A stretch of 64,000 nt of DNA from Candidatus Pacearchaeota archaeon (GCA_017609755.1 JAFCDI010000001.1:4400-68399); one strand, 5' to 3'; positions 40,273 through 49,502 are shown, numbered from the stretch's first letter. Made by a program: numbers and translations. The notes: a model not told the origin generated them from the letters alone.

Positions 40273-40304
40273 ACATTTATAACTTTTATTTTTGTGTTAT
40301 AAGC

Positions 40305-40736
40305 ATGAAGAAAAAAAGAGGAAAAACTCAAAATCAAAAAACTAAAGGAAAATCTAATGAAAAAGAATTACATCTTCTAGTTTTTAATACTCCCAGAACA
40401 TTTGGACAAAAAGCTTCAGATAGATTAACAAAAATAGCAGGTAGTTGGGGATTTATAATTGGATTTCTTGTTTTTATTGCGATTTGGATGTATTTTAATG
40501 TGCATATTCTTATTCAATATCAATTAGGAAAACCCTGGGATCCTTATCCATTTATTCTATTAAATCTAATTTTATCTTGTCTCGCAGCAATTCAAGCTCC
40601 AATAATTTTAATGAGTCAAAATAGACAAGCTCAAAGAGATAGAATTAAAGCTCAAAATGATTATAGAGTAAATAAAAAAGCAGAAGAAGAAATAAGAGAA
40701 ATAAAAAATCTTTTATTGAAAAGAAAACACAAATAA
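40305..40736 (+). CDS. DUF1003 membrane protein
   Basis: TFGQKASD, GSWGFII, DPYPFILLNLILSCLAAIQAPIILMSQNRQ. Confidence 0.92.
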   Translation: MKKKRGKTQNQKTKGKSNEKELHLLVFNTPRTFGQKASDRLTKIAGSWGFIIGFLVFIAIWMYFNVHILIQYQLGKPWDPYPFILLNLILSCLAAIQAPIILMSQNRQAQRDRIKAQNDYRVNKKAEEEIREIKNLLLKRKHK

Positions 40737-41138
40737 TTACTTCTTTTTATAAGAATTATCTTTTAAAATTATTCCAAAATCTTTTTCATCTAAAGGAGAA
40801 ATAACTAAAATTCCTTGTTCTCTAAGAGACTTTATTTGTTTTTTTAAGGAACCATATATTTTTTGAATCTTTTTTTTATCTCCTCCATAAGAGTCTCCAA
40901 AATTATAAGCATTGTAAAGTGTAAAGTCAAAAATATCTGTTTCTCCTTTTACATTCGCTAATGAATATTCTATGTTTAAATTAACTCTAAGATTATTTTC
41001 ATTTAATAAATTTAAAATATTTCCATTTAATCTTTGTTCTAATTTAATATTCACTTTTTTTGGTTTAGCTTCGACTATTTTTTTAGTTGCTTCATTTATA
41101 TTTTTAGGTCCAAAAACCGAATATCTTAAATTTTTCAT
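40737..41138 (-). CDS. hypothetical protein
   Basis: 133-aa ORF. Confidence 0.55.
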   Translation of the reverse strand: MKNLRYSVFGPKNINEATKKIVEAKPKKVNIKLEQRLNGNILNLLNENNLRVNLNIEYSLANVKGETDIFDFTLYNAYNFGDSYGGDKKKIQKIYGSLKKQIKSLREQGILVISPLDEKDFGIILKDNSYKKK

Positions 41139-41225
41139 TTTAAAGTTTAGTTCAAAGAGATAAAAGCTTTTTAAATTTTTTGAAAATTTAAGAAGATTTA
41201 TAAAAATTAAAAGTTTGAATAAATA

Positions 41226-41393
41226 ATGGAAAATAAAACAATTGAAGAAATTTTTAGAAATGCTTTAAAAGAAAATATTGAGGAAATATCAGAAGAAAGA
41301 GCAGATAAAATTTTTTATAGAATTAGAAAAGAGTATGAAAAAAGATTGAATCTTGAGAATAAAAACAAATATAATTTTTATAATAAAAACTAA
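41226..41393 (+). CDS. small hypothetical protein (55 aa), absent from the ORF track
   Basis: MENKTIEEIFRNALKENIEEISEERADKIFYRIRKEYEKR...; TTTATAAA about 29 nt upstream. Confidence 0.55.
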   Translation: MENKTIEEIFRNALKENIEEISEERADKIFYRIRKEYEKRLNLENKNKYNFYNKN

Positions 41394-42646
41394 ATTGTTA
41401 ATCTTTTATTAAATTCTCCAACAAAATTGTTCAGCATTCTCTCTCTAATTTTCCAATTCTTATGTCCCAAAACCCATCCTAATTTAACTAAAGCTGTTTC
41501 AGCAAGCATATCTTCTAAATAAATTACTCCTGTTTCTAATAATTCTCTTCCTGTAGAATAAACAAGAGGATCTAATCTTCCATAAATTGTTTGAGGAGCA
41601 GCACAGACAATTATTCCTTTTTTAATAACTTCTTTTAATTTTTTAGTCCAACTTAATCTAGATTCTTTAGTTGCAACATGCCCTAAACCCATCATTTCAA
41701 TTACAATTCCTCTATAATTATTTTTAACATAATAATCTAAAATATCTGGATTTTGTCCCGGATAAAATTTTAATAAAGCTACTTTTTCTTCAAAAAAAGT
41801 ATCTGCTTTCACTTTATTTTTATTTCTAATATTATAATCTGAAATTTTAGAAAGAGTATCTTTAGATATTTTTGCAAAAGGTTTTCCATTAACTACTTGA
41901 AATGCGTCTCTTTTAGAAGTGTGAAGTTTTCTTACTTTTACTCCAGGCATTGCATAACAAAAATCATCATTAGAAGATGCATGCCCTACAACCATAACTT
42001 CTGCAATATCTGAAATAGCTGCTAATGCAGCACATCTCAAATTTAAATTAGCATCTGAAGAAGCTCTATCAATACTTCTTTGAGAATAAGTTAAAACTAC
42101 TGGCTTGTTTACTTTTCCAAGAAAAAAAGAAAGTGCAGAAGAAACATAATGCAAACTATCTGTTCCAGAAGTAACAATCACTCCTTTAAGATGCATTTCA
42201 TTTAATAATTTTTCAACTTCCTTTGCAATTTTTTTCCAATCTTTAAAATCCATATTCTCAGAGCCTTTCATAAAAGGAATTCTTATTTTTGAAACATTAA
42301 CTTTTTCAAAAAGTTCTGGATAAATTTTAAACAATTCTTCAGGAGTATTTAACCATTTAACTGCTCCTGTCTTAGAATCTAGTTTAGAAGCAATTGTTCC
42401 TCCAGTAAGCACCATTGCTATATCTGGCTTCTTACTACTTTTTTCAATTTTCAAAGAAGTTTTCTTTTCTTTTGCTTTTTTTAAAGTTCTAATATAAGAA
42501 ATTTCTCTTTTATCAAATCCAATATTATATCCTGAATTCAATTTTAAAAGAATTTTTCCTTTTTCAGATTTAGGAGTTTCTAAAAGAACTCCTTCATAAA
42601 TAGTCTTCATTAAATGAATTTCTACATAATCTCCTGGATTTGCCAT
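41390..42646 (-). CDS. gatD: Glu-tRNA(Gln) amidotransferase subunit D
   Basis: KLNSGYNIG, TGGTIAS, GTDS, SQRSIDRASSDA, RKLHTSKRDAF. Confidence 0.95.
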   Translation of the reverse strand: MANPGDYVEIHLMKTIYEGVLLETPKSEKGKILLKLNSGYNIGFDKREISYIRTLKKAKEKKTSLKIEKSSKKPDIAMVLTGGTIASKLDSKTGAVKWLNTPEELFKIYPELFEKVNVSKIRIPFMKGSENMDFKDWKKIAKEVEKLLNEMHLKGVIVTSGTDSLHYVSSALSFFLGKVNKPVVLTYSQRSIDRASSDANLNLRCAALAAISDIAEVMVVGHASSNDDFCYAMPGVKVRKLHTSKRDAFQVVNGKPFAKISKDTLSKISDYNIRNKNKVKADTFFEEKVALLKFYPGQNPDILDYYVKNNYRGIVIEMMGLGHVATKESRLSWTKKLKEVIKKGIIVCAAPQTIYGRLDPLVYSTGRELLETGVIYLEDMLAETALVKLGWVLGHKNWKIRERMLNNFVGEFNKRLTI

Positions 42647-42678
42647 GATTTTTCTAAGAAACTATAAATTAAAAATGT

Positions 42679-43074
42679 TTACACAGTTAAAATATCAAAG
42701 ATAATTCCTATAATTAAAGCTAAAATAGAAAGAAGAAAAATAAGAGCAGAATTCCATCTTGATTTTGAAGTATATGTTGTAATTATAACATGCATCAAAG
42801 CCTTTTTTTGTAGGGAGGTTATGCCTTTTACTTTTTTAACTACTTTATTTAATTCATAGTCTTCTATTAATTTGATTCTTCTTGTTTGTGCATCAAAACG
42901 ATGTCCAAAGTATATAATAAATCCTACTGTTCCAATATACCAAGATATTTTTACCCAAAGAGGATTATAAAAATTTAAAACAATAATAATTCTATATGCT
43001 AAAGTAGCTATAATTCCAATTAAAAAAAATGAAAATCTAGTAGAACTACCTAAATTTTTTATTTTTTCTTTCAT
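42679..43074 (-). CDS. hypothetical membrane protein
   Basis: Three TM-like segments. Confidence 0.65.
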   Translation of the reverse strand: MKEKIKNLGSSTRFSFFLIGIIATLAYRIIIVLNFYNPLWVKISWYIGTVGFIIYFGHRFDAQTRRIKLIEDYELNKVVKKVKGITSLQKKALMHVIITTYTSKSRWNSALIFLLSILALIIGIIFDILTV

Positions 43075-43080
43075 TTTAAT

Positions 43081-44223
43081 TTATCTCAAAGCTAAAAAAA
43101 CCTCCCTAATTGCTCCTAAAATAAATATTCCAATCAAAAACCAAATTAAAAATTTATTAACAGGAATTTTATATTCTGGTTTTCGGCTTCCTTGTTTTTT
43201 TGCTTTTTTAATCATTAAAAGAACTAAAACAGCAGTTAATCCTCCTGCAACAACACCTCCTATAGAAAGAATGTGAGTAAATGAAAAAAAATCAAAAAAT
43301 CTAATAAATACAAAAATTAAAAGAGGAAGAACTGAAACAAAAAACCAGGCTTTTCTTCTTTCCATTCTTTCATCAAAAGTAAAATTTTCTTCTAGAGCAT
43401 TTCCAAGTGCAAGCCAAGAAGTAAACATTGTAAAAAGTCCTAAAAAAATAAAAAGAGGCCCTAATGCTAAAGTTGATATTTCTGGAGTTTGAATGCCTTT
43501 ATATCCTACAACAATTAAAGTAAAAACAAAATAAAAAATTACGCAAATAAGAGTTCCAGTAAAAAGAGCTTTTTTAACTAGTTTTTCTCTGCCCTTTAAA
43601 ACAATTCTTATTTCTGGAATTGCATGAAAAGACATTAATGCAAACAAAATTACTCCAAAAGGTAGAAAAATATTGCTAAAATTAATATTTATTAAATTAG
43701 AATAATCCACTTTCTTAAAAAAGAAAATAATTATAAAAACAAGTAATCCTAAAACAATTGAAACTCCTATTTTTTCAAATTTTTTCAAATTTTTAAGTCC
43801 TTTCCACAATAATCCAGACATTCCAATTCCAAATAAAATTCCAAACAAAGTTGTATGACTTAAATCTCCAAAAACTAAAAAACTCAAACTTTCTCCTGCA
43901 CCAAGCATATAAGCTAAAATCGCAGAATAAATACCAAAAATAGTTGCAAATTCCATAAATTTTCTTCCTCTTTTTCCAAGATATCTATCTGCATATCCTA
44001 TTAATTGATGCTCTCCTTTAGTTCTCAAACAAATTTCTCCAAAATAAAGATTAACTAAAAGAAGAATTCCTCCAAGCAAAACAATATAAAATACTGCTGC
44101 AAAAAAGCCTGCTTGAGCTGCAACATAAGGAATACCTAGTACTCCTGCTCCAATACAAGTTCCAATAAGTATTGAAATTGCAATTACAAGATTTTTTTTA
44201 TCAGCACCTATTTTTAATTCCAT
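43081..44223 (-). CDS. aromatic amino acid/HAAAP-type permease
   Basis: GTCIGAGVLGIPY; LPFGVILFA; about 11 TMs. Confidence 0.88.
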   Translation of the reverse strand: MELKIGADKKNLVIAISILIGTCIGAGVLGIPYVAAQAGFFAAVFYIVLLGGILLLVNLYFGEICLRTKGEHQLIGYADRYLGKRGRKFMEFATIFGIYSAILAYMLGAGESLSFLVFGDLSHTTLFGILFGIGMSGLLWKGLKNLKKFEKIGVSIVLGLLVFIIIFFFKKVDYSNLININFSNIFLPFGVILFALMSFHAIPEIRIVLKGREKLVKKALFTGTLICVIFYFVFTLIVVGYKGIQTPEISTLALGPLFIFLGLFTMFTSWLALGNALEENFTFDERMERRKAWFFVSVLPLLIFVFIRFFDFFSFTHILSIGGVVAGGLTAVLVLLMIKKAKKQGSRKPEYKIPVNKFLIWFLIGIFILGAIREVFLALR

Positions 44224-44240
44224 TTCAACTTCTTTTTTTA

Positions 44241-44385
44241 TAGGCTCGGAGGGAATTGAACCCTCATCTACAGGGTTTTTCAGCGATTTACACTTTTAAT
44301 CCATCAAGGGAAGGTAGTGCGGTAGGAAACCATTAGGTGTCCTTCGCTCCGAAACCTGTCATCCTATCCATTGAACGACGAGCCT
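44241..44385 (-). tRNA. tRNA-Arg(UCG) with a 73-nt intron at 37/38 (44276-44348)
   Basis: Acceptor AGGCTCG/CGAGCCT, D loop AATGGATA, anticodon stem ACAGG/CCTGT, loop TT-TCG-G|C, T loop TTCAATT; 72 nt after splicing. Confidence 0.88.
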
Positions 44386-44559
44386 TTGAAAAGAGGCAAA
44401 CTTACTTTATTTCAATTGATTTTTCAGATGTAAGTAGAGCCTAAAAATATAATGAAAAAAAGGTTTTTATATCTTATTTATTTTTATCAAAAAACTTAAA
44501 AAAATAAATAAAAGCTAATCAAACCTTAATTTAATAAACCCAAAATAACTTATTTTAAT

Positions 44560-46008
44560 ATGACTAAAAAATCTAAAGAAGGATTAAGTGTAAAAAAACA
44601 AGAAAATTTTAGTGAATGGTTTAGTCAAATTCTAAAAAAGGCAGAATTAATAGATTTAAGATTAGATTTAAAGGGATTTATGGTTTATCGTCCCTTAGCT
44701 GCTCAAATAATTGAAAATATGTTTAAATTATATGAAGAAGAACTTCAAAAAAGAGGGCATGAATTAACTAGAATGCCTATGGTGATTCCAGAAGAAAATC
44801 TAAAAAAAGAGGCATCTCATGTTAAAGGATTTACTCCAGAAGTTTTTTGGTTAAAAGAAATAGGAAATGAAAAATTAGCATTGAGACCAACAAGTGAAAC
44901 ACTTTATACTCCAATGTTTAGTTTATGGATTAATAGTTACAGAGATTTGCCAATGAAACTATATCAAAAAGGTTCTGTTTTTCGTTTTGATACAAAAGCA
45001 ACTCGCCCATTAATCCGTACAAGAGAAATTATTTGGATAGAAACTCATAATGCTTTTGCAACAAAAGAAGAAGCTGAAAAACAGGTTCAAGAAGATATTG
45101 AAATAACAGAAAAAGTAATGCATCAAAAATTTGGAATTCCTTTTTTACCAATGAAAAGACCTTCTTGGGATAAATTTCCAGGAGCAGAATATACAATTGG
45201 TTCAGATGTTTTCATGCCAGATGGAAAATTAATTCAACAACCTTCAACGCATTTAATGGGACAAAAGTTCTCAAAAGTGTTTGAGGCAACCTTCAAAAAC
45301 TTCAATGAAAAAAAAGAATATTTGTGGACTACTGCTTATGGGCCTGCAATATCTAGAATTTTTGCTTCTATAATTGCTACTCATGGAGATGATTCTGGAT
45401 TAATTATTCCCTTTTGCATAGCTCCAACACAAGTAATTATAATTCCTATCTTTAATGCAAAAAACAAAAATGTTCTTCTCAAAGAAGCTAAAAAAATAAA
45501 GAAAAAATTAGAGAGTCTTGGAATAAGAAGTAAAATAGATGATAGTGAAAAAAGACCTGGAGAAAAATATCATATTTGGGAATTAAAAGGAGTTCCTTTT
45601 AGAATAGAAATTGGAGAAAAAGAATTAAATTCAAAAAAAGTAACTCTATATACTAGAGATTTAGGAAAAAAAGAATTCTTGAAAACTAAAGAAATTTCAA
45701 AATTAAAAAAACTTGGAAAAATTTTCGATGAAAGAATAAAAGAAAAAGCAGAAGAAATAATGAATGGAAGAATTTTAAATGCTAAAACAAAAGAAGAATT
45801 AAAAAAAATAATAAAAAACAAAAAAATTGCCAGAATTAATTTTTGTTCCACAAAAGAATCCGGAGAAAAATGTGCACAAATTATTGAAAAAGAAATTAAT
45901 GCAGAAATTAGAGGAAATCTAGCAAATAAAAAAGAAAAAGCAACAGGAAAATGTATTATTTGTGGAAAATCTGCAAAAGAAGTAGTCTATGTGGGAAAAA
46001 GCTACTAA
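44560..46008 (+). CDS. proS: prolyl-tRNA synthetase, archaeal/eukaryal type
   Basis: FSEWF, LALRPTSET, SYRDLP, WELKGVP.RIEIG and C-terminal CIICG...KSY. Confidence 0.96.
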   Translation: MTKKSKEGLSVKKQENFSEWFSQILKKAELIDLRLDLKGFMVYRPLAAQIIENMFKLYEEELQKRGHELTRMPMVIPEENLKKEASHVKGFTPEVFWLKEIGNEKLALRPTSETLYTPMFSLWINSYRDLPMKLYQKGSVFRFDTKATRPLIRTREIIWIETHNAFATKEEAEKQVQEDIEITEKVMHQKFGIPFLPMKRPSWDKFPGAEYTIGSDVFMPDGKLIQQPSTHLMGQKFSKVFEATFKNFNEKKEYLWTTAYGPAISRIFASIIATHGDDSGLIIPFCIAPTQVIIIPIFNAKNKNVLLKEAKKIKKKLESLGIRSKIDDSEKRPGEKYHIWELKGVPFRIEIGEKELNSKKVTLYTRDLGKKEFLKTKEISKLKKLGKIFDERIKEKAEEIMNGRILNAKTKEELKKIIKNKKIARINFCSTKESGEKCAQIIEKEINAEIRGNLANKKEKATGKCIICGKSAKEVVYVGKSY

Positions 46009-46019
46009 TTCTAAAAAAT

Positions 46020-46386
46020 ATATTCTTTATGTAAAGTCAGAATCAAAAGAGATATTAAATACTATCTAGTAGGAGAAGAATTACTTTTAGAACAATCTTT
46101 TATTCGCATTCTATACAGGAGTTTAATTCATCTTCTAATCTAAAAGTTATCTCTAAAAGAAGACTCAATTCATCCTCCACTTTTTTTTGCTCCATTTTCT
46201 TTTGGGACTCCATTTTATTAAATTCCCAATTTAAAACAGAAGTATCTTGGGCCTGAATTTACTAAGAAGAAAGTTCAATTCAATTCAGGCGCAAGAGAGA
46301 TACCTGAATTAAATTGGAATGTTTTTAATCAGAGTGTAGACTAAGCAATTTCTAGACATTGGCTTAAACTTCCACTCATCATTCAT
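46020..46386 (-). ncRNA. candidate structured non-coding transcript with a C/D-box-like 5' part and long hairpins
   Basis: TATAAAAA about 29 nt upstream of 46386; ATGATGA...CTGA; nested inverted repeats; no ORF above about 40 codons. Confidence 0.35.
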
Positions 46387-46420
46387 AGAATAATTAAGAA
46401 ATTCTTATTTTTATATTTTT

Positions 46421-47464
46421 CTATTTTAAAGCTTTAATTAATTCTTCTTGAAATCTATCCAGATTATTAAAACTTATTTGAATTCCAACCGCTGCTTCGT
46501 GTCCTCCTCCAGTAGCTCCTTCAAAATTTTCAAGTACTTTAAGAACAGGTTCTCTAATATTTTTTCCTCTTATAGATATTCCTACTCTAGAACCAGAAAT
46601 TTTTGCAACAGCAATTATTTTTTCAGGAAAAAGATATTTTAGCTTATTAGAAATTTCTGCACTCATACTTATATCTCCACTATATTTAAAAAAAATTATT
46701 TTTTCAAAAGTATTAGCTTGTTTTTTTGCTTTATCAATTAATTTTTGATATTTTGAGTATAGTTCTCTAAATCTTTTATGCATAGAGTGTGTCTGAGAAT
46801 TATCTTCTAAAACTTCATAAGGAGATTTAACTTTTCTAAGAAATTTCAACATATTAATTACATTAGTTGTTCTATCCATTAAAGCAAAACAAAAAATTCT
46901 TGCAATTTTTCCAATTTGAGAATTATAATATATTTCAAAAGCATCTTCAGAACTCACAGATAAATCTGGAAAATCCTTTTTAAAATTCAAATAATATTTT
47001 GGAACAAATTTATCAGAAATACATCCAACAATTGCTATCCATCTATCTTCTTTTTTATTTGATATTTGATAGCAAAGAGCAGTAACAGGCTCATTTGATT
47101 TTTCTGTATTAAAAACAGGATTATAATAATTTACAAATTTAGGAATTTTTTTTCTATCTATATTATGATGGTCTATCCAAACAACTGGAAGATTAATCTC
47201 TCTTACTCTCTTAAAAAATCCTTCAGAAACCTCTGGCTGATCTAAAATAAAAAGATAATCTGGCTTTAATTCATTAATTTTTCTAAAATAATCTTCTGTT
47301 AATTCTGGAGAAGTTTTTATTGGAAAACCTTTTCCTTTATCAATATATCTCTGTAACAAAAGAAAAGAACAAAGCCCATCATTATCATTATCAAAAAAAA
47401 ATAAAGGATTCTGTGCTTTTTCTAGATGAACTCTAATTTCTTTAATCTGATTTGCTGTCAACAT
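46421..47464 (-). CDS. DHH/DHHA1 family phosphoesterase
   Basis: DNDNDG, LD, IDHH, GGGHEAAVG. Confidence 0.9.
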   Translation of the reverse strand: MLTANQIKEIRVHLEKAQNPLFFFDNDNDGLCSFLLLQRYIDKGKGFPIKTSPELTEDYFRKINELKPDYLFILDQPEVSEGFFKRVREINLPVVWIDHHNIDRKKIPKFVNYYNPVFNTEKSNEPVTALCYQISNKKEDRWIAIVGCISDKFVPKYYLNFKKDFPDLSVSSEDAFEIYYNSQIGKIARIFCFALMDRTTNVINMLKFLRKVKSPYEVLEDNSQTHSMHKRFRELYSKYQKLIDKAKKQANTFEKIIFFKYSGDISMSAEISNKLKYLFPEKIIAVAKISGSRVGISIRGKNIREPVLKVLENFEGATGGGHEAAVGIQISFNNLDRFQEELIKALK

Positions 47465-48550
47465 TTAAATTTTCTTTCCCATTCTTATTTTCTCTCTTAA
47501 ATTGTATATTTCTTCTTTAAAAAAAGTTACCAATCCTTCGTTTCCCAAAACTTCCAAGAGTTCTTCATCACTTGCCAAAAGCACTTTATCTAATCTTTTA
47601 AATTTCTTGATTAAGGAAGTTATATGTCTCTCTAAAAGATTTGTTTTATTTAGAATTCTCTTTCCTTTTGGAGAGATGGGTTTGTCATGAAGCTCTTCAA
47701 AAAGCATTCTAGAAATATTCATTGGTTCTAATAAAAAATCAAAATCCATTCTACTCAAAAGTTTAGATGCAAAAGAAGGATTAGAAGAAAAATAATCTTT
47801 AAGAAGCATTTTCTCTTCTTTATCTATATTTTTTATTGCTTCCTTTAATCCCATATTAATCACCATTCCTTCTTTTCCTAGTTCTGCCAAATATCTTTTA
47901 ATAATTCCTGAAATTCTTTTAATAATTTCTAACCTTTGTAAAACAGAAGAAACATCATTTATTGTGACTATTCTTTTCAACTCCAATGCATTTAGATTGT
48001 CTAAAACATCATTAAATATTTCTTTCTGTCTTTCAAGAGTTTGTAAAGTTTCTGTTGCTCTTCTAATAATTTCAGAACTTTCGTCTAATTCATAAGAAGT
48101 ATCTTTATAATACAAAGTTATTTTGTTTTTTCTTTCAGAAACAGCAACAACAAGAGTTTGAGCTTGTTTTGATGTTCTATCTGCTGCCTTATGTCTTGTT
48201 CCAGTTTCTTTTGTGCTTATGCTTGAACTTGGAGAAAGAAGAGTATTTGCATGAAGAATCTTTTTTAAATCTCCAGATAAAATAATTGCTCCATCCATTT
48301 TAGCTAATTCAACTAATCTTTGAGGACTAAATTTGGAATTGATTCTAAATCCTTTTTCAACAATTTTTTCTAAATTTCCATTATCTGCTACAATAAGTGC
48401 ACCCATTCTAGCTCTTAAAAGATCATTAAGAGCAGTTCGTATTGAAGTTCCAGGCGCAAACATTTTAAGAACATCTATAAAATCTTTTTCTTTTATCTTT
48501 TTCTTTTTAGAAGTTTTAGAACTTTTTTTAGTTGATTTATTTTTCTCCAT
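47465..48550 (-). CDS. disA: DisA-type diadenylate cyclase
   Basis: APGT..R.AL..L.RA..GALIV, ELAKMDGAI, ETGTRHKAA, AVSE, linker and degenerate C-terminal HhH. Confidence 0.9.
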   Translation of the reverse strand: MEKNKSTKKSSKTSKKKKIKEKDFIDVLKMFAPGTSIRTALNDLLRARMGALIVADNGNLEKIVEKGFRINSKFSPQRLVELAKMDGAIILSGDLKKILHANTLLSPSSSISTKETGTRHKAADRTSKQAQTLVVAVSERKNKITLYYKDTSYELDESSEIIRRATETLQTLERQKEIFNDVLDNLNALELKRIVTINDVSSVLQRLEIIKRISGIIKRYLAELGKEGMVINMGLKEAIKNIDKEEKMLLKDYFSSNPSFASKLLSRMDFDFLLEPMNISRMLFEELHDKPISPKGKRILNKTNLLERHITSLIKKFKRLDKVLLASDEELLEVLGNEGLVTFFKEEIYNLREKIRMGKKI

Positions 48551-48605
48551 AGAAAAAAGAAAGGCTAAGAATATATAAGTTTTTAGTAGAAATAATTCTT
48601 AAAAA

Positions 48606-49502
48606 TTATTTTATAGAAGAGTAGATTAAAGGGAGCGCTATTGTTGCATCGCAAGAAACATCTACAAAATTTGCTTGACTTTTCATTTTTCCCCAAGAGA
48701 TTCCTTCTCTTAAAGGTGCTCCAGAACTTCCTCCTGGTTCAGGCCTGTCTGTTGTTATTTGTATTCCAAAATCAGCTCCTTTTGAAAATTGTAAAGATTG
48801 TTGAATGAAATTTTTTGGCAATCCTCCTCCCACATAAATCACTCCAGTTTTTTTTGATTTCCAAGAAAAATCAATTATTTCATTCATATCTCCAAAAACA
48901 TCAATATTTGTTTCTCCTCTTCCTGCTGCAATTCTTCCCCACATCATAAGCCCTAGTCCTGAATCTGCAATACCTGGACAAAAAATCGGTATTTTTTTTT
49001 TATAACATTTCTTAAGAATTCCTCCTCCAGGAGAAAGTTCTCCTAACTTCCATAAAAAATCCTTAATATTGTCACATTTTCTTAAAATGTCATAATTTTC
49101 ACTAAAAAAATCCTCTAATTTTTCATAAACTGAATTTTTCATAAGAATGTTGTAGATTCTATCAATTCCTTCTTTATTTAGCTTTTCATCATTCTCAAAC
49201 TCACTTCCTAAATAATGTTTCTCTCCTAAATCTTCAATTAAATCATGAGTAAGAGTTGCTCCTGTTGTAACAAAAACATCCACTCTATCTAATAAATCAA
49301 GAATAACTGATTTCATTCCTGCTGGAACCATTGCACCTGCAATTCCCAAAAAAATCTTACAGTTTCCATCCTCAAACATTTGCTTCATTATAGAACTTGC
49401 TTCAGCTATTTTTCCTGCTCCAAATCCAACTCCTGAAAACCCTCTAACTAAATCAGAGACTTTCATAGAATTTTCTATTTTTAAATGTTTAACTTCTTTC
49501 AT
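48606..49502 (-). CDS. dys: deoxyhypusine synthase family protein
   Basis: AGAMVPAG, DRIYN, GGGLPKNF, GGSSGA...EGISWGK, DATIALP. Confidence 0.9.
   Translation of the reverse strand: MKEVKHLKIENSMKVSDLVRGFSGVGFGAGKIAEASSIMKQMFEDGNCKIFLGIAGAMVPAGMKSVILDLLDRVDVFVTTGATLTHDLIEDLGEKHYLGSEFENDEKLNKEGIDRIYNILMKNSVYEKLEDFFSENYDILRKCDNIKDFLWKLGELSPGGGILKKCYKKKIPIFCPGIADSGLGLMMWGRIAAGRGETNIDVFGDMNEIIDFSWKSKKTGVIYVGGGLPKNFIQQSLQFSKGADFGIQITTDRPEPGGSSGAPLREGISWGKMKSQANFVDVSCDATIALPLIYSSIK

Noticed and set aside
44241-44442. Permuted or split tRNA
   Set aside because: The cloverleaf is complete and collinear once the single intron is removed.
46020-46386. c-di-AMP (ydaO) riboswitch, SRP RNA or RNase P RNA
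   Set aside because: Only fragments resemble them (CTGAAT, TCAGGCCC, GGAGCAA, GGCTTA), without the required order or spacing, and the region lies downstream of the operon. Kept as an unknown ncRNA candidate.
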